Assembly: GCA_951406725.2 (NCBI GenBank)
Contig: OX597816.1
Span: 35,836,001 to 35,900,000 of the forward strand
Origin: Octopus vulgaris
Taxonomy: Eukaryota
Direction of reading: 5' to 3'
Length of the DNA stretch: 64,000 nucleotides
The notes under the pieces are model-generated. The model was given only the letters and a program-made list of their open reading frames with translations. It was not told the origin of the DNA and ran no database searches. Numbering within the stretch: position 1 is the stretch's first letter; each line of letters begins with the position of its first letter. Positions 12,366-26,540 of this stretch are shown in pieces. A program made the translations under genes and the position numbers.

Positions 12366-14170
12366 TAATAAATTTACATTCTGCGAATGTATAGAGTAAA
12401 CTACCAGACTTTGAGATTAATGTAAAATTGTTTTTACTATAATTGAACATTAAACCGAAAATTAATACACATACACACACACACACATACACACACACAG
12501 AAACCGCCATTTACGATGATACGTTGAAAACTATCAGCTTTCGGTAATGACTATTTGAACAGAACGAAATAAAATCTGAATAAGACAAAAGTTGTTCTCT
12601 ATGAAGACTTCTAATTTCATTAATTAAACTCTTAGTGCAGTAACATTTCAATTAGAAACCGATAATTATTTTATCATTTCTTCTTTACTTTCCTCTTTAT
12701 TTTAACTATAAAATATACTTAATTCACGCCTTACAGGATATATAATAATATATGGTAACTGATAATTGGCATTTCCTTGGTAAATTACCGGCTATAGAAA
12801 ATCCATGGATTGCGTTAATGCAGTAAAATAATCATTCACTGTAGAAAAAGAAATACATGATTGAATGTAGGAAATATATCTTATCTATTGGATGCAGTTA
12901 CTGGAAGAATGAGATAATTTACTCAGAGAATTTATGATTTGATGCAAAATTACATATACGAAACAGAATACGAATAACATATATTTATTTATGTGCATTC
13001 CTCTTTTCGAGCTGGTAAAGAAATAAAGTTTGGTGTATTACAGAACAACCACGATTATGTCACGAAATCAAAGAAAAAAAATGCTGTAAATGCATTTATA
13101 TAGAAGTAATGTATGTGTCATTGTAGATCAGGTACTATCATTTGTGCACTAGGAAAACTTAGTCATGTATCACCTTTGAAACCAATATATAGCTGCATTG
13201 AATTCAATACAGAAAACTCAGCTGCCTCACCAAGAATATCAGCAACAAATATGATGTAATAACTAATCCAGCCGTATTTTCCGACATTGCTTCAACTTCT
13301 TGAAAATTCAAACGGCGATCGTAAAATATTTCTTCTTTAATAGACGAAAGGAGGCTAATGTTACATATATCGCAGGAGACAAAAAATTAGATTATAAATT
13401 ACATCGACTCTAATAAGATATGCATTACCCTATTGAATTTACTTGTATGGCTGAAATGTTTGTTGCCTTGAATCACGGGAAATAACTATATGATCAGGTA
13501 ACAGCCTTAACAAAAGTAGTGAACTTAGTGGGAAATGTTCATCCTACAGTGGGGAAATATTTTCATAATTTAAACCGCTTATCTCATATCGTTAACCGCT
13601 TAACCATATCGTTAACTTTCTAGCGCATATCTAATCATACGTAAAATAGCTAAGTATACGCATCCTATTTAAATATTATTTCAAACTAATTGTCTCATTG
13701 TCTCATTCGCCTTCTGGATATGTATATTCGTTTTATTTGTTTGAAATTTTTATAATCAATAAATTGCAAAATATTTGATTACACAAAGTATGATTTGATA
13801 GATTCTCTACCCATTGTATACGCTTTTATATATATCTTATTCTATATCTTTATTTTTACCTATTATTTTATACCTTTATGTATTTGATGAAAGGGTATGT
13901 GTGTGTGTATTTGTGTTTGCCTCTATATGTGTGTGTGTGCGTGAATATGTATACATGTATGGAAGGCGCATTCAAAATGTATTCGACCCCACACTTCCTG
14001 TAGAAGAGCGAAGATTTCGTGTCGGTAGGGCGCAACATTTCCCGGCTACTCCCTCAGCATTAATTTTGAGAGGAAAAAATTGAGTCGCATATTTTTCAAA
14101 CGCACACCGTATGTGAGTGTGTATGTGTGTATATATGCGCGTATATGTATCTGTGGTTATATATATATAG

Positions 14171-14204
<34 letters not shown>

Positions 14205-14209
14205 GTAAA

Positions 14210-14742
14210 GTTTTGTTGCAAATGCACCTAAATTTGAAAAAAACACTTGCAATTGTTTTACACTAAGTTTATTTACATATATACCAACCTAGATTTGACA
14301 ATATTTTTTTGTTTGTCAATGCTAAATATCTAGAATCATGAATTAGAAAAACATTAGAAAAACATTAGAAAAACAAGTTTTAACGTTGACGAGTTTAAAT
14401 ATTCAAAACTGTCAATAATATAAAAAAACTGTTGATCAACTTGTTTAAATGTACAAAATTTTACTTCTATCTTCATTTCTGCCTTCTTTTCTCCCTTTTA
14501 TCTCAGTATGACTGAAACTTTGATGATACTTATTTTTTGTACATTAAACAAGTTGATCATCAGTTTTTATATTATTGACTGTTATGAACACTTAAACTTG
14601 TCAACATTGAAACTTTTAAACATGTTTTTCTAATTCATAATTCTAAATTTTTACCATTGATAAACAAAAAATGTTGAAACAAACTTGGTATATTTAAAAA
14701 CAATTCCCAGTTTCTCAAATTTAGGAGCATTTTCAACAACAA
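14210..14742. repeat. large imperfect inverted repeat (about 210-250-bp arms, about 70-bp spacer)
   Basis: Examples: gatcaacttgtttaaatgtacaaaa / ttttgtacattaaacaagttgatc; atgaattagaaaaaca / tgtttttctaattcat; cctaaatttga / tcaaatttagg. Confidence 0.85.
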
Positions 14743-14849
14743 ATTAACCTATATTTTTTTCCTGTGTGTGTCTGTGTGTGTGAGTCTGTGTCTGTGAGTG
14801 TGTGTGTGTGTGCGTGCACGTGTGCGTCTGTGTGTATTCTATACATATT

Positions 14850-15016
14850 AGACTGTGACCATGGTGGTGCAGCACCTTGAATTCGGACTTGAATTTTTAG
14901 TTGAATTCACAGTTAAATGGATCGACCCCAGTACTCTTTTGCGAAGCACTGGGTTACGTGACCATAAACCCACCAACATGGGGTGTTGTGAGAAAAAGCA
15001 CAGATACAATGGCACA

Positions 15017-15097
<81 letters not shown>

Positions 15098-15263
15098 GTC
15101 TGTATACGACGGTCTTCTTTCAGTTTCCGTCCACCAAATCCACTTGCATATCTTTGGTCCGCTCGAGGCTGTAGAAGCGGTCACTTGGTGCAATATAGTG
15201 GGACTGAACCCAGAATCATGTGGTTGGGAAGCAAGCTTCTTATCATACAGCCACGCCTGCGCC

Positions 15264-15264
<1 letters not shown>
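14850..15264 (-). mobile_element. SINE family A, full length
   Basis: Tail, internal (TA)n and head (cagccacgcctgcgcct) all present in reverse. Confidence 0.87.
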
Positions 15265-15299
<35 letters not shown>

Positions 15300-15911
15300 A
15301 GTGTAGCTAAGTGTATGCACGTATGTGTATATATATATATATTTGTGTATATATGTGGGTGTGCGTGTGTCTGCGTGTCACGGCATGTGAGTGGGATTAT
15401 ATGTGTACCTATTGAGTTTAAGTTGAAGAGATTGAGACAAATAGTTGATAACAGTTTCTGTTTCTTTTCTTTTGCTTGCAGTTGCTGTGAGATTTTTCTC
15501 TTTTATCTCACTTAAATGATAAAATACCTGCATGGTTTTCATGAACATTCATGTCAACTAAAAGCTTCAGCATATCTGTGACAATTGCATGTTATCAATG
15601 CCAATACTAGCTGTAAATATATTTAGGTACGTGAATTTAAATAATATAGTCATTTGATTTCTTTGCTTCTCGCATGCCTATTCAAGCCAAAGCTTCTAAT
15701 TTTACTATAAATGTGAACGCTAATTTTAAAGAACCACTAATCAAACGCTGTTGGATTCGTGATGTTCGAAGTAAGAAATCCCTTCTATTTGACATTTTAT
15801 GTTTGAAATTTTACCTGATGGATAAATGTTATGATGCAATCTATAAACATATCAATATATATATATAATACTGCTGAAACAGCTGTCACAAATAGTATCG
15901 CCATTGCTGCA

Positions 15912-15966
<55 letters not shown>

Positions 15967-15979
15967 CACATATGCATAT

Positions 15980-16038
<59 letters not shown>

Positions 16039-16589
16039 AATAGGATTGGATCTGAGTATACACTCAGTCACACTCATCATTTTAATAAATGTAATTTCGA
16101 ATAAATATTAATAATAAGAAAAGAATATTTGCTCCAAATTATTCTCATGACAATCAGCAATAATGCCTAAGGTGAAGTTCAATGTAAACAAATGGAATTG
16201 AATATAGCATAGTGTTTTAGAGAATATATTAAAGATGTATCATGTGCATTAATGCAGATGTAATATTACTATATCAGATATAATATTGCTGTATCAGTTT
16301 AAAACAAGTTACCCAATTTGGGCTAAGTTTTGTTTATGAATTTCAAGAATATTTTATTCTGCATGTTTGTAAAGCATCTTCTGTCAATAATATTTTTTCA
16401 CAGTGCTTTACCATTTTGGTTAACGTAACGCTGGCTGTATTCTTTTGAATTTTAAATATCGATGAAAGTTCCGTAACAGCATAACATACTTAATTCTGAA
16501 AATCCTCCCTCTTGAATAAATAATTACATACGTCACAGTCCAGACGGTTGCATATTTTCATCCTAACATCCTGCGCTTTAGAAATACAT

Positions 16590-18497
16590 TCCTGAAACCC
16601 AGTTTCAAAGGAAATCAAGGACGGTAAATGTTATGCATAAATCGTTGATGAAATATGTCTGTGAAGGGCCCCAAATACATTTAAAATATTGACTCAGTTT
16701 TACTTTTAGAAAATGGATGTATTTCCTGTTTTCGAAGTAACGCCGATACGATTTGAGGTTTAATGGTAAAGACGTCAGCAATATTTGTTATATGTTGAGA
16801 TATATGTTATAGCACTATTTGAATATTCCAGAAGCTGTTGAATGTCAAATTTTTTCCAATGTTTCAATTCATTTGTTGTTAGAATGTAAAGCATCTATAT
16901 TTGGGAGCCCAAGAGAATCTTGTACATTCGTTTCACAGTGTCTTATGAAATATTAAATGGAGTATCTTTCGAATGATCTGATACGTGTAGTAGGTATTGT
17001 CAGGTGTCAGTAAGTGTAAATGGCAAGACAATTCTTAATTTATTTATTGTTATTCCTTATATGTTGTAGAACTGAAGTTTGCTATTACTTTAGTCCATAG
17101 TGCATGAGATATCAGTGCTAATACCGTTTACAAACTTTTTAAACTTGTTCATTTGCGCGAACATTTCCATAGAGTATGACATTCATTCAAAATTCTCTTC
17201 TATTTTACTTTCAAATATCTAAAAAATATATTTCATAATGCAAATATTAGCCAAAATAAAATAATCTCATTTAATTGAAATAAGTGTATTAAGCCTGTAT
17301 TTTGTATGGACAAGTCTTTCTAATGTCTCCTGAAATCCCTTTATTTAAGTACAAACTTGTGATGGGTTCACTAAAAATGCATTTGCATTCGTTTTCATGC
17401 AGGCAAAATAGTTATTAAAAAACAAAGCAAAACTTAGAGTTTTGATATATTTGCTTTGTAGAGTTATTAAAACTATATTTAAAAGAAACTGTTAGTGCCT
17501 TTTACATCAATGTATATATGTTTTTTAAATTATGATTCAATTCTCGTTATCGGAATAAGATGTAAATATTCTAGTTCTGTATACATTTCTTTGCTTTTTA
17601 ATTTGAAAAAAAAAATCAACTTAAATAAATTACAAAAAATGATTTGATGATATTGTGAATACGGTGAGTATGGAATGAAACCAATATATTATTGAGTGTC
17701 TTAGGGAAAAACATTTATGTGTTGCTATGCATTAATATTTGAAATTATGGAGAGACATTAAAAGACATAACTTGAATGTTGATAAAAACGTTCAGCTTGC
17801 TTTCGATTCTTCACTTTTATATTTACTTAATGCAATATGGCCATGAAATTTTGTTTATCATGTGGCTCATTTAAATTTTTCAATGTATCGTGTCATTCAA
17901 ATTTGCGAAAATGCAGCCGGAAACGAAAAGAATATTTTAAGTATTTAGATGAAGAAAATCTGAAAGAACATTAGCAAATCCATACCAAATAATTCTTCCG
18001 CACTCAAAAGCTAAGGAATGTACCTGATAATACGCACAGATCTGCTACTCTTCTATAATACTAAACAAAACATATACGCAAAAAAATCTCATGAACATTT
18101 ACTTTTGGAACGATGTTTTGAAAATTTGAATATAGCACACGGTATACTGAGAAGTTATATGTGCAAACTGCAATAAGTAAATATAAATGTAAAGAATTGG
18201 AAAGGGATTGAAACTATTCATCAACTTAATGTAAAAGTGAAAAAAATCTGAAATTTACAAACGTTGTTTAACCAATTCCTATATATATTACAGAAAAAAT
18301 CAATACAAATTATGGAGGTGAGAGAGCACAAACCACGAAATGACATCATATCAAAATGATAGAAAAGTGAAAGTGTCTTCTCGACTCACAGGAACAATTT
18401 TAAAATATATTTCTGAAACCCAGTTTCAAAGGAAATCAAAAATTGTAAATGTTATGCTTAAATCGTTGATGAAATATGTCTGCGAAGGGCTCAAAAT
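16590..18497 (+). repeat. about 85-bp direct repeat pair (16590-16675 and 18411-18497)
   Basis: ctgaaacccagtttcaaaggaaatcaa...gtaaatgttatgc(a/t)taaatcgttgatgaaatatgtctg(t/c)gaagggc at both sites. Confidence 0.85.
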
Positions 18498-18559
18498 ATC
18501 AAAGATAAAGTCAAACCAAGCTAAATAGAATTTTTTAAAAGTCATAATTAGAAACCCTT

Positions 18560-21190
18560 ATACACATTCATAAACCTGTAGATATGAGAGGAGGCCGAAG
18601 CTTAGGAGAAACAACATCCAAATTAAGGGGCACACAAGAAATTGTAGACGCAACTAAAATGATGGTTCTCAATATAGGAACACGTTCTAAAATCGAGAGT
18701 GCAGATGCAATTTTAGACGAAATCAAATTCATACTACAAGGACAAACTGTAAATGAATCAGATAGCATAAAAGTACAGAAGGACCACAAGAGCAATGTTA
18801 TTAAAAACTTTATTAGGAATAAACAAACTGACTCACACAAAAAACTAATTGATTTTATTTTTCTACTTACAACAAACTCCGAATTACAGAGATTCATGTC
18901 GAGTCCTTGTAATAAAACAAGCTAGCCAGACTATCACAGAGAAAGCAGCCATTACTGCTTTACAAAAGTTCCACTCAGTACAGTATTGAAATGTACACTT
19001 AAATCACCCTTAAAAATCTGTATACTAACAATTAAAAATTATATTGCGAAAGTCTATAGACGTCACACAGCCATAGAAGTTTTTTTAACAAGGAAAGTGA
19101 CGATGAACCTTTAGGGATATAGACAAGTAAAAACTCTGCCGTTTAAGTGTATTCTAAGAATGTCTCAAAATTTCCTCTTGAAACAACGGAAAAAAGTTTT
19201 TAAATGACCACTGAAATCAAAGAAAAACGATCACGGGTGACATTTAAAAAAGGACAAAATTCTAGTTATAAAGAAGCTGATAATACAACTTTAAAATGGT
19301 GTGAGAATGAAATAGACCTTCTAATAAATTCATGCCAATGTCTTGCCCAAACGGAGATCATAGACACAATTTGTCGAAGCCTAATAGACAGACACAGAGT
19401 TCAACTCATAACAAATCGCTCTGCGAAGCAGTTTCAAAACAAATTTAAGTGGCATTTAAATTAATTGACATTTTGAAAAACTCCAAAGTCTTTTCTCTTC
19501 AAATGCTGTTAAACAGCAAAAACTATTACCGCCACCACCTCAACAACACCGACCACCACCGCAGCAACTACAGCCACCACAGCAACAAAAAAAATCAGCA
19601 ACCATCACAGCAGGAACAACAATTGACTCAGCCTTTATCTTTAACACCCTTTACTTCATCCACAGTTGGTGACCTACTTAATGAAACGATCACCTTTTCA
19701 GTTTCCAGCCGTTCACAACCCATTCAACCTGAGTTTGTTACCCACCCATCAAATCCACAACAACAGCAACAATTATAGCTACAAGAATCACAACAATTAC
19801 CACTACAACAACCACCACTAACATAGCAATAGGCATAGAGTGGGACCGCTAATTTCGTGCACGATACCTTTTTCAGCTGAAGCAATGGACGTATGTACGA
19901 ATGGCTACTGTGAAGCAGATTCTGTGTACAATAAAACCAACAATTTAATAGTAGCTGGGCTCTATAGGCCACCCTAACGCCTTTGCTACGCTTCGAGGAA
20001 ACCCTCAACAGTATAAAGTGTTTCATCCATCAGTGTCATGCTGAAACCATATTAATTATGGAGGACTCAAACCTCCTAGGGTTGATTTATCCACAAACAA
20101 TTTGAAGCCAGGTTTTTCCACTACTAACCCTATAAGGAAGCAATCGAATTGCCGTTTGATTTCATGGATGACTTTTTCCTGATCCAACTTGTTCTCAAAT
20201 CAACAAGGTCTCAGAAAAACCTCTTGAACCTAGCGTTCAATAACCGCATTGACACTATCCTCAATAATGCAGAGGAAAAGAACACCACTACTCTCAGACC
20301 ATGACATGGTTCTTTGTGATCTGAGATTCTACTATCTGAAGATTAAACCCAATGATATCTTTCCAGCCCATCCATTTGAGACTATGGATCTTCATAACCA
20401 AGAATGCTAAGCGATCAATCATGATCTTTCACAAGTTGACTGGGCCTTCAGGCACGCAAAAACTCCCAACAGCATAAAAGCATCATGGCAGACATTTGTA
20501 GATACAGTAACAAATATATGCGCAATACACACACCATTAAGATCAGTAAACAAATCTAAGCACACATTCCCTAGAAATAGAAGAGCAATTATCAGAAAAA
20601 TAAAAAGAATTAACAATAAAAATAAAATCAACCAACTTGAATTTTGCCAGCAGCAACGCATCCATTCGACTGCCATTGAATCACACGAATAGAAAAAAAC
20701 ACAACCTCCAAAAAGCATGACGGCCATCATTAACAAACAAAGAGCAGCTAAGGAGAATTGGACCATTGAGAAAATAAAATCCAAACCCAAGCTGTTCTTT
20801 CAATTTGCAAAAAAAAAAAAACAGTCGCCGTTTCCACTGTTGGTCCTCTGGTTAATAAGAAAAACATTCTACATGACGATGCAAAATCCATGTGCGAGAT
20901 ACTGCACAAACAATACTGTTCTGTTGTCAGTAACGCTAAATCGGACGATCTGCCTAATATCAGTGACGTAAACCCTCAGCTAATGATATCTGACATAACA
21001 TTTGGTGCCCCTGATAAAATCTCGAAAAAATCCTGGACCAATCTCTTAGACCCGTACCTGTCCCCGACAATAATAACTCTTTGCTAGAGTGGCCGACGGT
21101 ACCCCATATATGACTAGAAACTGCACCAGGTGGTGCTATTACGTTAGACATAGCCTAAACCTATACTGGCCGAAACCTATCACAGTTAAT
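18560..21190 (+). mobile_element. CR1-type LINE: ORF1-like region, APE endonuclease, linker and 3' end, RT missing
   Basis: LIVAGLYRPP, IIMEDSNL (GDFN), FLIQLVLKSTR..NLLNLAF, SDHDMV, IEKIKSKPKLFFQFAKK, then LEKILDQSL..PDNNNSLLEW and tail ctggccgaaacc. The 5' boundary is uncertain. Confidence 0.7.
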
Positions 21191-21975
21191 ACATGCATTT
21201 AAAACATGCGTACATAGTGTGAACATATGAGTGTGTCTGCATACATTTACTGAGATAATCTTTGATAGGTTTCGAACAAAATTAAACCCACATCATATCC
21301 GACGTAATCCATTCATATCTATATGTTTGTGTGCGTGTGTGTGAGTGTGTGTTTGTCACCATCTATCTGGCCATTTTCTCATATTCAGTTCTCAAATAAT
21401 GAAGCACCCTGCATTATTGTTGGTAAGTATACGAAGTATACGAAATAAAATTTTAAAACCTAATCCCACAAATTGGACAAAACGTCACACACCAGTTATA
21501 CTTCCGGGACAAATAACTATAAAAAAAAGACATTTCTCGTTCGGGAGAGATTAAGGAGACACTTGATAGCATTAGTATTTCTTGAACACGAGAAGAGCGA
21601 CGGAATCTTCAATACAATTCATATAAATGTATCAAAATCTACAGTGTAGAAACCTGGAAAGTATTTTGGAGATATGAATGATATAATCATTGCAACGCAA
21701 TTTGTAATTACTTCATAATGGCAGACTAGAACAGAAAAAAATGGAGCAAGGATATATATTTTTCACAATTTTACCTTCAAATCTAATGTCCGTTTTCTGA
21801 ATGTGATTATTTAATAAAATTAGTTTATTCGATGTATAAAGTGAAATTATTCCGGCACAGTATGTCGCCATAAAAGTAATTAAATTTCAAGGTAAGGCCT
21901 TGATATTAACCACGGCATATTATTCTGTTCAATAGCCATTGTTACAGACATATGTGTGTCTAAATAGGCGAACCT

Positions 21976-22025
<50 letters not shown>

Positions 22026-22050
22026 ATATCTCTAAACCAATATATATATT

Positions 22051-22082
<32 letters not shown>

Positions 22083-22099
22083 ATATCTCTAAACCAATA

Positions 22100-22138
<39 letters not shown>

Positions 22139-22405
22139 ATATCGCTTTAAAACGGGTATTATTTTACGATGTAAGTATATACTGCTTTTAAGTAATAATT
22201 CGAATGCTTTTATTTTTCATTGCATTCGGTGTATTAAGAGAGATTGTATGTATCTCTGTGTGTGTATTTGTGTGCTCGCAGGCGCGAGTGTGTATGTGGC
22301 GGAATATGTATGCCGAGACTGTGCTCGGTTTCTTCATATGAATTCGTTATTTTTTAAATTACGTATTTTATATTATTGCAAATACGAGGTGTACACCCAC
22401 GCGCG

Positions 22406-22453
<48 letters not shown>

Positions 22454-22469
22454 ACACACAGAGGTGTAT

Positions 22470-23360
22470 ATATTGGGTCATTCTATACATAATGCGATGT
22501 TTTCTATTGCATGAAGTCGGAGTGAGCCGAGACAAACTACCTGCATCAGCTTGCTATAAAAACAGGTAGTGATTTTACCTTGTCCTAATTCTTAGTGCAA
22601 ATTTTGAAGAATGTAGTTCGATTTTAACAGTTTTTTTTTCGAAGTTATAACGGAAGTGACAAAAGAGCATATTTGGCACATTTTGCTTTATGAGTTCAAT
22701 AAAAGCAACAACACAACGACATGATTGAGGATCGGACAATTTGCGTAAGCCAGTGTTAATGATAGTTACAGAAATTCTGAGCCGGAAAATAAGACGAGTC
22801 TCATATTGGAAAATCAGGATAGCTCCACGAGAACATCCTGAAAACCCTGGTCGACCAAAATCCCATTGTAACTGTTGGGGAACTAGCAGAGAAGATTAGA
22901 TTTGGTCATTCCTCCATTAATGGACATTTACATGCCATGGGAAACGTCTGTAAATTGGGTCAATGACATCCTCACAAACCTTCCGAGTTTAATCACGTGC
23001 AGAGTGAATGTGCACTCTTCTTTGCTATCATGTCTCGCGAATGAACCTTGTTTGTACCGAATGATGACTGGTGACGAGAAAAAGGTTCTCTATAAAAATG
23101 TCAAGCGCCGATGACAATGGATATGGGAAGGAGATACATCGGCACCCCAGGCTAGAGAAGGTCTTCACTCACGTAAGGTGTTGTTATTTGTTTGGTGGGA
23201 TATGAAAGTTTTAGTCCTCCTCAAACTTTTAAACCCCAACCAAACGATAACAAATGATAATGACTGCGAGCAGTTTGAGCGGCTTAAGTCTGTGCAAGAA
23301 GAAAAACGACCATCTTTGGGTTCAAGACGAAAGATGTTCTTCCATCATTATGGAATGACC
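22470..23360 (+). mobile_element. mariner (DD34D) transposon, 3'-truncated
   Basis: TIR tattgggtcattctata; EVTKEHIWHILLYEFNK, MTGDEKKVLYKNVKRR, LHSRKVLLFVWWD. Confidence 0.9.
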
Positions 23361-23435
<75 letters not shown>

Positions 23436-23467
23436 TGTGTGTGTGTATGTGTGTGTGTGTGTGTGTG

Positions 23468-24245
23468 TATCTACTACTGGTTTCAGCCCAGGGCTGAGGT
23501 CACGCTGGTGCACCGCTTGTAGTTCATCGGTGTTGTTCCCGATATCGTTTTTGGTGAAATAGCGATTTGAATAGAGTTGCGCGTCTTTGCGTCTCCTGCC
23601 GCGATGTGGTTCATCCGGTATCTCAGATCGAAACCTGTCCGGACTTTTCTTGAAAACTCGAACATCAAAACCATGTAGATCTTTAAGATTGCTTGTAGTG
23701 ATGTTGAACAATTGCAGGCCCTTGGAATCCAGACTATTGCACTAATGTTTCCTTATTTTAGATTGGGAAGACGGGATCTTTGCTATGATGCAGTGATGTC
23801 CAGTTCGAGGATTGACATTGCTGTTCCAAAATGAGGAGCTAAACTCTCCAAGACTTTCCAAGTATATATCACCGTATATCTCTCTCATCTTCTCTCCAAG
23901 GAATAGAGACTCAGCTCCTTTAGGCTCCTCCAGGTGCTCATCTTTTTCATCGAGTCAATCTTCTCTGTGTGCTGGAGTTGGATGGCTTCGAGTCCTACAG
24001 CTTGTTTTACACTCTCTGGGGACCATAGTTGGGAGCAGTAGCCCAAGCGGCTGAGAAGGAAAGGGGTTTGGTTTTGGGTTTTATTTTCCATAGGAATAGG
24101 AATAGCAGGGCTTCCATTTTTCTGGTTCTTCATGTCCTCGGAATCCAGCCAGCCACTCGCCTGCACAGTGTTGCTATCTTGGTAATATTCACCTGGAATG
24201 TTGCATCATTGCTAATGAGAACCCCCAGGTCAGGCACCGACTCGT
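23468..24245 (-). mobile_element. CR1-type LINE 3' fragment with tail
   Basis: SRLGYCSQLWSP...LKELSLYSLERR, LKDLHGFDVRVFK, IPDEP; tail gcggtgcaccagc...gctgaaacc. Confidence 0.9.
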
Positions 24246-24367
24246 ATATGTTTGATACATTTTTTATATTTAAAAATATTCATGTCTTCTGACACTTATT
24301 ACGCATGCTAACCACTGGTAAACAATTATTTAATAATTTTTACCCTTATATATTAAATTATATTTAC

Positions 24368-24430
<63 letters not shown>

Positions 24431-24433
24431 ATA

Positions 24434-24507
<74 letters not shown>

Positions 24508-24556
24508 GTATATGTATATGCATAAGTATATGCATATGAAATCTTCTTGAATACAG

Positions 24557-24597
<41 letters not shown>

Positions 24598-25119
24598 CAT
24601 ACATTTAATTCACAAGGTTTTCATTGTCACTTTCTTATTTGTTGTATGTTTTGTTATCGTATTTATCTCCTTAATGATTATCAAATGTTTACATGATATC
24701 AATAATGCTGTCTCCCTTAACAATGTTGTGTTTTTCAAGATATAGCAGCAGCTTCCTCTGGTGCATTAAAAGCTTCATAGAAATTTACTGATGTTTTCTA
24801 TAATTATATTCTGAATTTAAAAAAAAAATTCTTGTATACTATTTGTATTGCTCTTGCGTCGTATAGAAAGCACACTGATTTATTATTCTCTTCACTATAT
24901 GACTTTTTAAAATTCGTATCTTACTTATTGGCTTGTATATTAAATGTTATTAGATCTTCTTAGAATATATTGAAATGCTTGAAGCCATGAACAGTACATT
25001 TATTTTACTTTTAGTTGAAATTTTACAAGTATCATACATTAAAATGTGTTTACATTTTAATTCCATTGCAAGTTAGATCGATTTTGCAAGAGTATTTATC
25101 TCATATTTTTCTCAATCAT

Positions 25120-25480
25120 TATACTTGCGACCACACTAGGGGTACAGCCTCAGAGAATTTTAGCCGAATGAATTTATCCCAGTAACTGTCTTTTTAACTA
25201 TGGTACTTATTCTATCGGTTTCTTTTGCTGAACCGCTCAGATAGGAGGACGTAAAAACATCAGCATTGATTATCAAGAGGTGGTGCGGTACAAACACAGA
25301 TACAAAGACGCGTATATATGCATGTCCGTCGGGTGTCATTGAGTTTCCGTCGACCAAATCCACACTTGTCGACCCGAGGCTATAGAAGAAAACACTTGCC
25401 CAAGGTGCCAAGGAGTGGAACTGATACCGGAACCATGTGGTTTGGAAGCAAACTGCTTACAACCTGCCGCACTTGCGCTT
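25120..25480 (-). mobile_element. SINE family A
   Basis: tacttattctatcggt...tttccgtcgaccaaatccac...cacttgcccaaggtgcca. Confidence 0.8.
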
Positions 25481-26149
25481 ATAGATAAATAAATAAAAGG
25501 AAAATTTAAGATAAATAATGGAATGGAAATAAACGTTCTTCAGGTTCTTATATTAGTTAGTGAAAAAAATTACATATCTCGATAATCCATTGTGATGAAT
25601 TCTAGTTTAATAGGTTTTCTATATCCTAAAAACTCCTATATGAAAATGTACTAAATAATGTCAATACCTAATTCAACATAACCCCACAATTACTAACTTG
25701 CGACATTTCTCATAGACGTATCATGCAATCTTAATTATTTAGTCGTCATAAAATTCGTGTAAAAATCCTTACATGTTGTTCATAAGATAATCAATAGTCG
25801 AATATATATTTATTCAGAAAACATTTATATTTGATGCGAGGTATGTATAGATAGTGCGCTAATATTTTGTTATAAATATTATTTCTAAATTTAAAAAGAA
25901 GAAATGTCTGAAACAGTTTTTTTTTTTTTTATATATGTGTGCAATTAATTTTATTAAGAAGACCAGAAGGGAATACAAAATAGTTACTCAGTTCACCGAC
26001 ATTATAGCTTTTAAATATATTCAGTGTTTTGTCATTTGTATATTTGTGTAATTTTGTACAAACATTCTTCTGTAATTATTGTTTATCATACGTGTGTGGA
26101 TGTGTGAGTGCGCGTGTGCGTGTGTCTGTGTCTGCGTGTATGTATATGC

Positions 26150-26540
26150 TAAATATATCAGATCTGGAATTAAGCAGAATCATGAATCTAAGAAGAATAT
26201 GAAATTTTTCTGTTACGCATGAGCTGTATTCCTTAGACACATTAACATATGACTTGGGGTGCTCCACGATCTTCCACATGATTTTAAATGGTGTGGAGCT
26301 GCTCCTCAAACTCCATATGAGCCCGAAAAAAGATAGGTGGCTTGCATAAGTTTTTGTTTTTTAAATCACCTTCACATAACAGAATGTAACTCTTCCTTCT
26401 AATCGATTTATCTTGAAGCGTTGATATTACTGTTGCCTCGTATATGACGGAGTGTTTTATTTCTTCTTATTTTCTAACTGTCAAGCATCCTTGTTTTTAC
26501 GATACATGTAACGCATAAACAGACTTGCCTAGAGTGACAA
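26150..26540 (-). mobile_element. PLE GIY-YIG endonuclease remnant
   Basis: IYEATV...KSYILLCEGDLK...PFKIMWKIVEHPKSYVNVSKEYSSCVTEKFHIL..LLNSRSDIFS; similar to 56942-57376. Confidence 0.7.

Noticed and set aside
22018-22145. Tandem gtatataatatctctaaaccaat units
   Set aside because: Simple slippage duplication within a (TA)n tract.
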